Below, one piece after another: positions 26,764 to 35,982 of a stretch of DNA of 60,270 nucleotides. The notes below the pieces were generated by a model. That model saw only the letters and a list, made by a program, of their open reading frames with translations. It was not told where the DNA came from and did not search any database. This DNA is from Verrucomicrobia bacterium UBA3761 (GTDB lineage Bacteria > Verrucomicrobiota > Kiritimatiellia > RFP12 > UBA1067), in the NCBI GenBank assembly GCA_002371135.1, contig DFGB01000027.1, forward strand, positions 1 through 60,270, in the 5' to 3' direction. The first letter of the stretch is position 1. Each line of letters begins with the position of its first letter. Both the position numbers and the translations under genes were made by a program.

Positions 26764-26960
26764 CAATAGATTTTTATCGCAGAGACTTGAGAGTCGCAGA
26801 GATTATGGATTTTGTTGGTGTTATTTCATATGCACAGCGCATAGTTCTTTCATTTTGGCTAAAGAGTGTGTTGATTTGACGTCTCATGAAAAATGCGAAA
26901 AACCCTTGGAAACTCTACGTCTCTCAAGTCTCTGCGATAAAAACCTATTGCATGGTAGTG
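26764..26960. repeat. MITE-like unit: 38-bp imperfect inverted repeats of the CTCTGCG element around a 111-bp AT-rich spacer
   Basis: Left arm CAATAGATTTTTATCGCAGAGACTTGAGAGTCGCAGAG (26764-26801). Right arm 26913-26950 has 3 mismatches. The right side is element copy 2 (26906-26960). Confidence 0.9.
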
Positions 26961-29900
26961 TCAGCGAATGATGATCAGCATTCCGGGAGGAGTGCCGTAG
27001 CGAAAGAGCCACTTGTCGTTCCATGCGCCAATCAGGTCTTTGCCGTAGCGCTCGAACATGGCGGCGTAGTTCGGCTTGGAATCGACATCGGCGATGTCGT
27101 CAATCGCGGTGAAGCGCGAATCGACCCGCCACTCCCCGGTGTCTTTGCGCAGACAACCGACGGCAATGCTCCAATCCTCTGCCCAACCGGTCCCAACCGT
27201 CGCCGGCGGCACGCCGTCGAAGAAGACTTCCGGCGCACTGCCTGAGAAGATGTGGTGCGGCAGCGCCGTCGCGCCGGAAATTTTCACGCTCGCAAGTGCG
27301 GGGCAGTCGTTGAATGCGCCCGCCGCCGTGTCACTGTTAAGAATGTTCCAATTCTCAAGATTTCCTTCCAACGTCGCCGAAACGAGGTTCGGGCAGCCGC
27401 CGAACGCGGCGCCTTCGACGTCCAGAATATCGACGGAAACGACAACAGAGGTGATCTTGCCGCGCCCGTCGTGCCAGTTGTCGTAATAATCCTGCGCCTT
27501 GTGCATGGCCGAAGCATTGACACCGCGCAACGGATAGAGCCGCTTGTCTTCCGTCTCCAGGTCGGAATAAAGCGTCGTCAGATCAAGCCGCCCGGAGCCT
27601 TCCACATAGGCGTCCATGCAGAAGTATTGTTCGGCACTGACATTGTTGGCCGGACGCGACGCAACGACAAAGAGCCAGTTGCCGTCCGTAACTGCGGCAA
27701 GGTCGTTGTAAGCGGGGTAGTCCGCTGTCAAGCCGCCCGGTGCGAGATAAGTCCACGGGCGCGTGAAGGAGGCGTTGACCTCCGTCGGCGCGGCAGGCAT
27801 CGTGAAGTTGACAGTCGCGCCGTTCGCAGTCGCGCCGTCCGGCAGAACGTCCCACTCTTTGAACGTCGTGACAGTCGGAGAAGTCGCCCCCGCCGCCGTG
27901 ACGGTGAGTGCCGTCCCGGCAGCATAGTAGCCGTCGGCGGAGGCGGGCGAGACGGTCACCGTCTCGTTGCCTTCGTCGGCATGGGCGTCGAGTCTGTAGG
28001 CGATCGGCGACCACTGCCATGTGAGGCGTGTCGGTGTTCCGTCGTAGGCAATCGTGGCGGAGGTTCCGTTGTGGCTCGTCGCCGCGCCCCACGTGATGCC
28101 GCCGTCGACGGAAGTTTCAAGAGTATATCCCGTAGCCTCGTATTTGACGCCGTTCGCATAGGACGGCGTTTTCGCCGTGATGGTCAGCGTATCGCCGGCG
28201 ATCACGCCATTGACGCGCCCGTAGCCATGCGACGAGTCCCCCACATCGTCGCCGAGCGAACCGCGCACGACGACCGTATCGAGCGGCACTTCCGCTACGA
28301 AATACTCCAGCTCCTGAAGTCCGACCCTGTAATCCCCGCCATAATTCGACGACAGCGGATGGAACTTGATGAAGCGAAACGGCTTGTCGTTATCCGGCAA
28401 CAGGACGTCGAGCGACCATATGTTATCACTCCATACGACAGGTTCGCTTTGGCGATGTATCTCCGCCCAGTCTCCATTCAAGCCGGTGTTGGATCCGTAG
28501 AAGACCCATGTTTTCGGCGCGCGCGACACGCCGTCCTTGGTGTTGTAGTTGTTCCTGTTGCGCCACAGGCGGATCTTCTTCACCGCGAGGCCTTTCTTGC
28601 CGGAAGGCAGCGCAAGTGCTGGAATCTCGAACGTCGCGCTGGCAGATGCACAATCCTTTTCGCCAGCGAGCCATCGTTCCGGCATGTTCCCTGCAGGCGA
28701 ACCCGTGACGATATCGCCGTCGAACAACTTTTCAGGCTTGTAGCTGTTGTGATAGCCCGTGCCCGAAACGCACTCCGCAACTGTCACGCCCTTTGCCGCC
28801 AGATATGTCCGCAGATTGGCGGCTTGGGATTCCTCGACAAAGTATTCCAGTTCCATCGCGCCAAGCTTCCAACCTAGATTATTGCCTGCATTGTAGGTTT
28901 CTATGAAGGATTTGGCGGGTTGAAATTTGAATTTGCGGTAGGGCGTGCGTCCAGAGTCCGGGACTTCAAACTCTAGATACGACTTTGCGCCTGCCACGCC
29001 GGGCTCGTACCACTCGGCCGGTTCCGACGTGCGATCGTCGATAACGTCCCAATCCTCTTTTTCGTCGTTCCAGCCCAATATTTTCCACGTCGCCGGTGCG
29101 CGCCTGAAATAATGCTCGTCGCTTAGTTCGGAATAACGGTATATGCGATAGCGCCTGAGGACAAGACCGTCGGCATCGTTTCCGAAAAGCGTGTCTGGCG
29201 CGGCAATCACGACATTCGCGCTATCGCTCGCTTTTTCTTGCGCGAGCCAGCGGTTGTTTTTGGCATCTGTTGCGTTCGAGACGCTGTTTGTGCCATCGAA
29301 GAGGATTGTCGGACCGTAGCTTGAGTTATGGCCTTCGCCCGAAACGCAGTCGGCGACGACCGCGCCTTTTTCCGTCAGCCAGTCACGCAGATTCACGCCG
29401 GGTTTCTGCGGCACCTCCTCCACGAAATACTCTATTTCCTGAAGAGCGGTTTTCGGTGTGTAGGCATAGTTGGAAGTCTTCGGCTCGAACTTGATATAGC
29501 GGAACGGCTCGGTATTTTCCGCGAGCGCGACTTCGTTGTAAGTTTTGTTTTGCCATGTCACGGCCGTACTCTGGTTGTGCAGCACCGTCCAGCCGACGCC
29601 ATCGTTCGACCCGGACACGATCCATGTGAGCGGTGCTCTTTGGAGTCCTGTATTGGAGCCGCTGTTCATGCTGCGCCACAGGCGAAATCTCTTCAGCACG
29701 AGTTCCTTCTTCGCGGCGGATATCGCCGATTTAGGAATCTCGATCGTCACATATACGCCGGAAAGATTCGGATCGCCTGCGATCCAGCGATAAGATGAGT
29801 TGTAAACGCCACCCATGCCAACACCGTCGAAAAGCTTCTGCGGTACGTAGTCGGAGATGTGGCCTTTACCTGAAACGCAATTGGCTACTGTCACGCCTTT

Positions 29901-29993
29901 TGCGGTCAGCCAATCGCGGAGATTGATCTCTGTCGCGTTGAGTGTGGCGGCGAAACCGATCGCCGCGCCTATTGCTGTGAGCAGTTTTTTCAT
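26961..29993 (-). CDS. Large secreted surface protein: three discoidin/F5-8-type-C-like modules, Ig-like region and BspA-type leucine-rich repeats
   Basis: Signal peptide MKKLLTAIGAAIGFAATLNA. Three ~190-aa tandem modules each start NLR(D/T)(W/Y)L..KG..VA.CVSG.G and end LQE(I/L)EYFV.E. C-terminal LRR-like GAAFGGCPNLVSATLEG...AFNDCPALASVKISG. AGGAGG SD upstream. Confidence 0.75.
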   Translation of the reverse strand: MKKLLTAIGAAIGFAATLNATEINLRDWLTAKGVTVANCVSGKGHISDYVPQKLFDGVGMGGVYNSSYRWIAGDPNLSGVYVTIEIPKSAISAAKKELVLKRFRLWRSMNSGSNTGLQRAPLTWIVSGSNDGVGWTVLHNQSTAVTWQNKTYNEVALAENTEPFRYIKFEPKTSNYAYTPKTALQEIEYFVEEVPQKPGVNLRDWLTEKGAVVADCVSGEGHNSSYGPTILFDGTNSVSNATDAKNNRWLAQEKASDSANVVIAAPDTLFGNDADGLVLRRYRIYRYSELSDEHYFRRAPATWKILGWNDEKEDWDVIDDRTSEPAEWYEPGVAGAKSYLEFEVPDSGRTPYRKFKFQPAKSFIETYNAGNNLGWKLGAMELEYFVEESQAANLRTYLAAKGVTVAECVSGTGYHNSYKPEKLFDGDIVTGSPAGNMPERWLAGEKDCASASATFEIPALALPSGKKGLAVKKIRLWRNRNNYNTKDGVSRAPKTWVFYGSNTGLNGDWAEIHRQSEPVVWSDNIWSLDVLLPDNDKPFRFIKFHPLSSNYGGDYRVGLQELEYFVAEVPLDTVVVRGSLGDDVGDSSHGYGRVNGVIAGDTLTITAKTPSYANGVKYEATGYTLETSVDGGITWGAATSHNGTSATIAYDGTPTRLTWQWSPIAYRLDAHADEGNETVTVSPASADGYYAAGTALTVTAAGATSPTVTTFKEWDVLPDGATANGATVNFTMPAAPTEVNASFTRPWTYLAPGGLTADYPAYNDLAAVTDGNWLFVVASRPANNVSAEQYFCMDAYVEGSGRLDLTTLYSDLETEDKRLYPLRGVNASAMHKAQDYYDNWHDGRGKITSVVVSVDILDVEGAAFGGCPNLVSATLEGNLENWNILNSDTAAGAFNDCPALASVKISGATALPHHIFSGSAPEVFFDGVPPATVGTGWAEDWSIAVGCLRKDTGEWRVDSRFTAIDDIADVDSKPNYAAMFERYGKDLIGAWNDKWLFRYGTPPGMLIIIR

Positions 29994-30025
29994 TTGCCTG
30001 CCTCCTGTAATTCGAGTTGATCAAA

Positions 30026-31609
30026 TCAGTGAAGTTCGACGAGTTTCTCGCGCGGCTTGCCGTCCGCTCCCTTCCACGTCAGGCGGTAGCGGCCCTTGAA
30101 ACCGCGGAACGCCACCTTGCCGCCCGTCGCCTTGACGTCGAGCGTCGTCTTCCATTCGTGGTTGATGAGTTGGTCGAGGGCGCGGTATGCCGGCTTCTTC
30201 TCCATGTCGCGCGTGAAGAGCCCCGAGACGAGCGGCTCGCCGGCGACGCCTGCGCCGTCCACGGTGTTCCACCATGTAATACCCATCGTCGCAGGATGCG
30301 AGAACCATGCGCGGTAGATATTGCGAACAAGGATCGCCTGCATCTCGCGGCTCCTCTGGTCCTCTCCAGGCGCGGCGATCGTGACCTCGGAGACATGGAT
30401 CGGGCGGCCGCTCTTCGCCATCATGTCGAGGTGGTTGCGAATCGTCTTCGGCGTGCCGACCCAGCTTACGTTCGCCGCGCCTTTCACGAGCCGCATGCAG
30501 TCGTTGGTGTCGAAGATGTGCATCTGGCAGCCTACGATGTCGATGCGCGCGCCTTCCTCCGTCAGCTGCTTCGTCTGCTCGAGGAACGCTTCGTCGATCT
30601 TGTAATCGTTGATGGCGAGCCGCGCTGATGCAGGGAAAGCCTCTTTCGCGTCGAGAAGCGCGTTCAGCGGATAGTCGCCTGGCATAAGCCCATATACGCT
30701 GAACCAGACGGGCAGGTTCGTGCGCGCCTTGCGGTAGCGGACCCAGTCTTTCGCGCTCTCGTTCACCACGTCCCAGCTGTCCGCGACGCCGCCGAAAGCG
30801 CCCGCCACGTCGAATACGCGCTTGCGGAAGAGGCGGCGCATGTTGGCAGTGAAAACGGGGAGGCGAGCGGCGAGCGTCTTTTCGTCGAGGCTCTTGTACG
30901 CGCCGCACCACGCCTTCGCCCACTTGCCCATGTAGCCCATGTGCCAGTTCTGTCCGCTCGGCTCCCAGCCGAAGTGCGCCGAATGGCGCGGTATGCCGAG
31001 GCCGTCGATGACGCGCTTCTCGCTTTCCGGACAATACCAGTCGTATATCCAATACGGCTTGGCGTTGCCCCATATGAGGATGTGCCCGTGGACGGCGACG
31101 TCCTTCGCCTTGAGAAAGTCGATCACCGGGCCGGGCGCTGGACGCCGCCAGTATCTCTCCCGCATGGCCTCTTCGCGTGTAAGCGAGTTCCAGTAGCGCT
31201 CGGTGTCGGAGTAGTCGCCGGCGAAGCGGAACGCGCCAGGCGTCGGCTCGTGGTCTATCCAGTAGAACGACACCGTCGCCTGGTTGAAGAGGCCGCCCGC
31301 GCCGTAGCTCGCCTTGTAAGCGTCGTTGCACGCCTTCGAGCCAAGCTGGTTGAAGTTGAAGATGTGCGCGCCGAAGCGGAAGTCGTGCGTCAGCTGCTCC
31401 ACGCGCACCGCGGCGCCGTCTGGCGCATCGACCTCGAACGTTCCGTCCGCCTTGCGGTTCTTCTCGATATCGGCGTCGATCCGCGCCTGCTCCGCGTCGT
31501 TCCATATCTTCCAGTAGGCGTCGCTCATAAGCGAACGATCGATATCGGCGGCGGCGGACTCCAGCCCGCAGCACGCGACAAGCGCGGCGAAAACAACAGA
31601 CACTTTCAT
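30026..31609 (-). CDS. GH10-family glycoside hydrolase (xylanase-like), secreted
   Basis: Start at MKVSVVFAALVACCG (31609) overlaps the SDR stop (ATGA). SWDVVNES acid/base block and IHVSEVTI nucleophile-type block. Confidence 0.75.
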   Translation of the reverse strand: MKVSVVFAALVACCGLESAAADIDRSLMSDAYWKIWNDAEQARIDADIEKNRKADGTFEVDAPDGAAVRVEQLTHDFRFGAHIFNFNQLGSKACNDAYKASYGAGGLFNQATVSFYWIDHEPTPGAFRFAGDYSDTERYWNSLTREEAMRERYWRRPAPGPVIDFLKAKDVAVHGHILIWGNAKPYWIYDWYCPESEKRVIDGLGIPRHSAHFGWEPSGQNWHMGYMGKWAKAWCGAYKSLDEKTLAARLPVFTANMRRLFRKRVFDVAGAFGGVADSWDVVNESAKDWVRYRKARTNLPVWFSVYGLMPGDYPLNALLDAKEAFPASARLAINDYKIDEAFLEQTKQLTEEGARIDIVGCQMHIFDTNDCMRLVKGAANVSWVGTPKTIRNHLDMMAKSGRPIHVSEVTIAAPGEDQRSREMQAILVRNIYRAWFSHPATMGITWWNTVDGAGVAGEPLVSGLFTRDMEKKPAYRALDQLINHEWKTTLDVKATGGKVAFRGFKGRYRLTWKGADGKPREKLVELH

Positions 31610-32376
31610 TTCGCCACCTCCTTCGGCGCGACGAACGGCCTGTACATGCATAGGCGGCCGCCGTCCACGACGTGGTTTGAGCCGGTTATGAACGAGGCGT
31701 TCTCGCTGCACATGAAGAGAATCACATCGACGAGTTCGTGCGTCTCGGCGGCTCGTCCAAGCGCCGTGGGCATGCCGCTCATCGCGGCACGGGTAAGGAC
31801 CGGACCTGGCGTCACGCAAAGGGCGCGAACGTTGTGAGGACCGCCGGCGAGGGCAAGCCCTTTCACGAAATTGAACAGCCCGCTTTTAGCCGTGCCGTAC
31901 ATCGTTCCTACGCCGTCGCCCTCAAAACCTGTCACGGAACCGAGACAGCAGATAACACCACCCTTTTTCGCCACCATCTGCGGCATCAGCGCGCGGGCGA
32001 AATAGACGGCGCCCTTCAAGTTCACGTCGAGCCCCCAGTCTATGACTTCCACCGGCTGTTCGTAGAATGGAACGTTCGACTTGCAGCATCTCGCCTCGTT
32101 GCCGCCTGCGCAGGTGACGAGAATGTCGCATCCGCCGAGCGACGCGGCTATCTTTGCGGCGGCTTCTGCGTGTGCGAACTCGCGCACGTCGCCCACGCAG
32201 GCGATACTTTTCAACTTTTCAACCTCGCGTCGAAGCTGTGCTTCGGCGCAATCGCACATCACGACCTTCGCGCCGAGACGCGCGAACTCCTGCGCCGTCA
32301 TCAGCCCCATGCCCGATGCCGCGCCGGTGACGACCGCCACCTTGCCGGTAAAATCAATATCCTTCACTCGCCGCAC
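31606..32376 (-). CDS. SDR-family oxidoreductase
   Basis: TGAASGMG Rossmann motif and the YGTAK catalytic motif. Confidence 0.9.
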   Translation of the reverse strand: MRRVKDIDFTGKVAVVTGAASGMGLMTAQEFARLGAKVVMCDCAEAQLRREVEKLKSIACVGDVREFAHAEAAAKIAASLGGCDILVTCAGGNEARCCKSNVPFYEQPVEVIDWGLDVNLKGAVYFARALMPQMVAKKGGVICCLGSVTGFEGDGVGTMYGTAKSGLFNFVKGLALAGGPHNVRALCVTPGPVLTRAAMSGMPTALGRAAETHELVDVILFMCSENASFITGSNHVVDGGRLCMYRPFVAPKEVAK

Positions 32377-33377
32377 CTCCTCATCACTTCCGCCTTTACG
32401 CCGTCATCGACTTCAAGGACTTCGAGTTTCCACTTGTACGGATCTTTCGCCTTGTCCGCGCAGACGCGCGAGACCGTCGTCTTGAAAAGCCCCTTCTCTT
32501 TGAAAAACACGAGCTGGTATCCGCGAAGGTCGCCGGGCACCGTCTGCATCAGGTTGATTGCAAGAAGATATTTTGCATACGCCGCATCGAGTTTTCCCGT
32601 TTCGTCCTTCGATTCCATGAGCCGCCAGATTTCCGCAAGCATCGGCGCAAGCGCGGCGCGTTCGGATATGACGCCCTCCGAGCCGAGACGTCGCGACTGG
32701 TAGAGCCATTGCCATCCACCCCACGCGCTGAATATTGTCTTGAGCGGAGGCCGCGCCGCAAGTTCCGCCGCCATGCGACGGTTCGCCTCGAATCCGTCGC
32801 GCACCTCCTCCTTGACCCAGCCGTATATCGCGGGATGCCGCGTCGCCAGATTCACAAGCAGTTCAACGGATGGCGCGGGGCATTTGTCGCCGTTGTATGT
32901 CTGGATTATGACGGGACGTTTCGCAACGGCGGCAAGCGCCTCGTAGTAGCGTTCCAAATCTTCTTGCGTCCGGCAGTCGTCGGCGGGGCGAGAAATGAAG
33001 ATGATGCGAGAGTCGCAACGCGCCGCAAGTTCCTCGCCATGGCGTGCGAGCGCAAGCATCTCAGCCGTGTCGCGCCCCTCGACGCCAAGGCAGAGGCGCG
33101 CGTTGAACGCCGCCGAGCGTTCGGCGAGGGCCGTCATGCCGCGCTTCTTCTCTTCGACAGTCAAAAGGTCGATGGAATCGTCGGACTGCGGCCAGATGAT
33201 GCCGTCCACGCCGGCCGCGTCCGCCCATTCGGCTTCCTTTACGAGAGATTCATAATCCACCGCGCCGTCCGCGAGATAAGGCGTCGTGAGAATCGGGTAG
33301 GCGCCACGCACGCACTCCGCCGCAAGCGCGGCGGAGCACGAAAACGCTACGGCGGCCAATGTGGCTACGATTCTCAT
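32364..33377 (-). CDS. Dihydrodipicolinate synthase/N-acetylneuraminate lyase-family aldolase with signal-like N-terminus
   Basis: YPILTTPYLADGAVDYESL and GWVKEE (Schiff-base Lys context) are typical of the DapA family. The N-terminus MRIVATLAAVAFSCSAALAAE looks like a signal peptide. Confidence 0.7.
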   Translation of the reverse strand: MRIVATLAAVAFSCSAALAAECVRGAYPILTTPYLADGAVDYESLVKEAEWADAAGVDGIIWPQSDDSIDLLTVEEKKRGMTALAERSAAFNARLCLGVEGRDTAEMLALARHGEELAARCDSRIIFISRPADDCRTQEDLERYYEALAAVAKRPVIIQTYNGDKCPAPSVELLVNLATRHPAIYGWVKEEVRDGFEANRRMAAELAARPPLKTIFSAWGGWQWLYQSRRLGSEGVISERAALAPMLAEIWRLMESKDETGKLDAAYAKYLLAINLMQTVPGDLRGYQLVFFKEKGLFKTTVSRVCADKAKDPYKWKLEVLEVDDGVKAEVMRRCGE

Positions 33378-34681
33378 TTTCGCGCCGCCTCCCTGTCGCG
33401 TTCGAAGAAGAATATCCGCGCCGCGCCGATTGCCGCCGCCCCTGCAAGCATGAATACCGAGAGCGACGCAATGCTAGTGCACATGGAAAAATGCGAGTTC
33501 ATCCAGCCCATGACGGCCGGACCGGAAGCGCCGATAACGCACCCGCCACATCCAAACACGCCAACCGCCGCCGCCCTGTGGCACGGCTTGACGACTTCGA
33601 AGAGCGATGCGTAGATGTTCGAGTCGTAAACGCCCGTCGCAAACCCGAAGAGCGCCGTTCCGGCGATGCAGAGAGAGGCCGTTGGCGCGAATGCGGAAAG
33701 AAGAAGCCCCGGCACGCACAGCACAAGCCCGGCGGCATTCACGTCGAACCTCGTCTGCGGACGATGCGCGGCGAACCGGTCGGAAACGCGCCCGCCCGCA
33801 AATACGCCGGCGACCGCGCCGAGATAGAACCAGAACACGGCATGGAACGCGGCGGACGCAGCCGTCACGGACGGGAAGCTGCGCTGGAGATACGCGACTA
33901 TCCACGTGTTAAAACCGTATTTCGCATAGAAGTAAAACCCGAGCCCCGCCATGAGCAGCAACGCCGACGGCTTGCCAAAGAAAGCGGAAAAGTCGAAAGG
34001 TTGAAAAGTGGGAAATAGAATTTTCCGGTTTTTCATTTTATCGCAGAGACGCAGAGACGCAGAGCGCGCAGAGGACTTTTCAACTTCACCCTCTTCCCTC
34101 TCTTGCAGAAGGAACACAAGAGCGACGGCCCAGAGAGCGGAAATCGCGCCGAAGAGGAAGAACGCCTTGCGCCATGCACCCGCACCAAGCCCGGAAAGCC
34201 AGCCCGAGACGCAACTCGTCACCACTATGCCGATATAGAAAACGATCTGGTAGATCGAAAACGCCGTCGCGCGCGTCTCGACGTGGTATTGGCCGATGAG
34301 CGACGAATTCGACGGCGGCAGCAACGACTGCCCGACCGCGTTCACGACCCCGTATGCGACGACGATCATGGCGACGCTCGATGCAAGGCCCGACGCGAAA
34401 ACGCCCGCGCCGAAAAGCAACGTGCCCGCGACTATCATCCACTTGCGGCTGAAAGCATCAGCCAGCGCCCCGCCGAACGGAATCGCAAGGCCGAACACGA
34501 GCGTGAATACGCTGCCGACGAGCCCGAGCTGCGCGTCGTTTACGCCCAGCGCCGCGAAATCCGCCTCGATCTGCGGCAAGACGGTATTGAATATCTGCCG
34601 CGATCCTTGCGCGAGGAAATACGTCGCGGAAAGGAGCGAGAGCAGAATCCACTTGTAGTTTCTAGACCCGGTTTTGAACAT
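33374..34681 (-). CDS. MFS transporter
   Basis: 12-TM-like hydrophobicity. MFS loop motif GALADAFSRKW. Start taken at MFKTGSRNYKW (34681), 10 nt downstream of an extended -10 box. Confidence 0.85.
   Translation of the reverse strand: MFKTGSRNYKWILLSLLSATYFLAQGSRQIFNTVLPQIEADFAALGVNDAQLGLVGSVFTLVFGLAIPFGGALADAFSRKWMIVAGTLLFGAGVFASGLASSVAMIVVAYGVVNAVGQSLLPPSNSSLIGQYHVETRATAFSIYQIVFYIGIVVTSCVSGWLSGLGAGAWRKAFFLFGAISALWAVALVFLLQEREEGEVEKSSARSASLRLCDKMKNRKILFPTFQPFDFSAFFGKPSALLLMAGLGFYFYAKYGFNTWIVAYLQRSFPSVTAASAAFHAVFWFYLGAVAGVFAGGRVSDRFAAHRPQTRFDVNAAGLVLCVPGLLLSAFAPTASLCIAGTALFGFATGVYDSNIYASLFEVVKPCHRAAAVGVFGCGGCVIGASGPAVMGWMNSHFSMCTSIASLSVFMLAGAAAIGAARIFFFERDREAARK
34030..34105 (-). repeat. CTCTGCG-array element inserted in-frame in the MFS central loop
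   Basis: The minus strand reads GAGGGAAGAGGGTGAAGTTGAAAAGTCCTCTGCGCGCTCTGCGTCTCTGCGTCTCTGCGATAAAATGAAAAA. It encodes QEREEGEVEKSSARSASLRLCDKMKN and is collinear with the intergenic element at 40191-40262. Confidence 0.85.
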
Positions 34682-34691
34682 TCTGCCTAGT

Positions 34692-34700
34692 ATTATACCA
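34692..34700 (-). promoter_or_regulatory. Extended -10 promoter (TGGTATAAT) of the MFS operon
   Basis: The minus strand reads TGGTATAAT, then 10 nt, then the ATG. No SD. Confidence 0.5.
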
Positions 34701-34760
34701 TAAAAAACACGCAATACATCATCTGTAAAATAAAATATTTATCATTTTCCCGATAACGCC

Positions 34761-34790
34761 TTGCGCTCCCTGACGGCCATGTGGTATAAT
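34761..34790 (+). promoter_or_regulatory. Promoter TTGCGC-18 nt-TGgTATAAT of the regulator gene (leaderless)
   Basis: -35 at 34761-34766, TG at 34782-34783 and -10 at 34785-34790. The ATG at 34798 is 7 nt downstream. Confidence 0.55.
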
Positions 34791-34797
34791 ATGGGCT

Positions 34798-35982
34798 ATG
34801 AAGACCCGCATACCGAACATCGTCATCGCCTCGATACTCTCGGAACCGGCCGGCCAGCGCAAGTTCGCCGGGCTTTTCTCGTATCTCGGCGCCATACACC
34901 GCTGGAATCTGCGCATTCTCCGCGCACAGGACGAAATCGTCGCGTTCTTCAAAAACGCGGAGTCCCTTTCGAAAATCGACGGCATCGTCTACTCCGGGCA
35001 CCATGACGCGAAAGTCGCAAAGGCGCTCGCCACGGCCGCATGCCCGGTCGTCGCGATGGAGATAGAATCGCCGCAGCTCGCGAAAAGAAGCAGCAACCTC
35101 ATCATCATACGCAACGACGCGGACGAAATCGCAAAGTGCGCCGTGAAGGCGTTTGCCGACTCCGGCCGCTACAGGACGTTCGCATACGTGAACGACAGAT
35201 TCCACCGCGAATGGTCGAGGCGGCGCGAAGAGGCGTTCCGCAAAGCCGTGGCGTCCAAGGGATGCGGAGAGGCGAAAATCTACGCGCCGTCCACTCTCGA
35301 CGCCGACAAAGACCTCGAGCCGCTCGCGGAGTTCCTCAGGAGACTCGAATATCCAGCCGCCGTTCTCGCAGCGAACGACATGCGCGCGACGGAAGTCATC
35401 GCGGCGGCGCAGTCTGCCGGCATCAAGGTGCCGGGCATGATTTCGATCCTCGGCATCGACAACGATCCATACATCTGCGACAGCGCGACTCCGGCGATAT
35501 CCAGCATCGAGCCCGACTTCCTCGGGGAGGGGGCGGCCGCCGCCGCGTTGCTGGACAAGATGATGAAAAGCCGCCAGCCACTCGGCAAGCGCCATGTCTT
35601 TTTCGGCGTGAGCCGCGTCGTCGTCCGCGAATCGATGCCGCACCTGCCACCCGCGCAGAGCCTCGTAGACAGGGCGAAGGATTTCATCAAAGAACACGCC
35701 GTGGACGGCATCGCGCCCGGCGATGTCGCGGCGCACCTCGGCGTATCGCGCGCCCTTCTCGACCTCAGATTCCGCCAGACTCAGAAAACCTCGGTCGGAC
35801 GGCTCATCACAGACGCAAAACTCGCCGAGGTCGCGCGGCTTCTCAAATCGACGCGCATCGCAATCGGCGCGATACCGGACCTGTGCGGCTTCAAAAACCC
35901 AAACTCCCTCAAAAACCTCTTCAAAAAACGCTTCGGCCTTTCCATGCGCGAATACAGGGAAAAAGAAGAAAGTAGGAAGTAG
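34798..35982 (+). CDS. XylR-like regulator: periplasmic-binding-protein-type sugar sensor fused to AraC-type HTH
   Basis: The N-terminal two-thirds is LacI/PBP-like (AVLAANDMRATEVIAAAQSAGIKVPGMISILGIDND). The C-terminus has an AraC HTH (GFKNPNSLKNLFKKRFGLSMREYR). It is divergent from the sugar operon. Confidence 0.8.
   Translation: MKTRIPNIVIASILSEPAGQRKFAGLFSYLGAIHRWNLRILRAQDEIVAFFKNAESLSKIDGIVYSGHHDAKVAKALATAACPVVAMEIESPQLAKRSSNLIIIRNDADEIAKCAVKAFADSGRYRTFAYVNDRFHREWSRRREEAFRKAVASKGCGEAKIYAPSTLDADKDLEPLAEFLRRLEYPAAVLAANDMRATEVIAAAQSAGIKVPGMISILGIDNDPYICDSATPAISSIEPDFLGEGAAAAALLDKMMKSRQPLGKRHVFFGVSRVVVRESMPHLPPAQSLVDRAKDFIKEHAVDGIAPGDVAAHLGVSRALLDLRFRQTQKTSVGRLITDAKLAEVARLLKSTRIAIGAIPDLCGFKNPNSLKNLFKKRFGLSMREYREKEESRK

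Noticed and set aside
34761-35006. 81-aa ORF starting at an ATG inside the regulator promoter region, and the ATG immediately after the -10 box
   Set aside because: It is out of frame with the XylR-like protein and has an Arg/His-rich translation. The ATG at 34798 gives a full-length PBP-AraC regulator.
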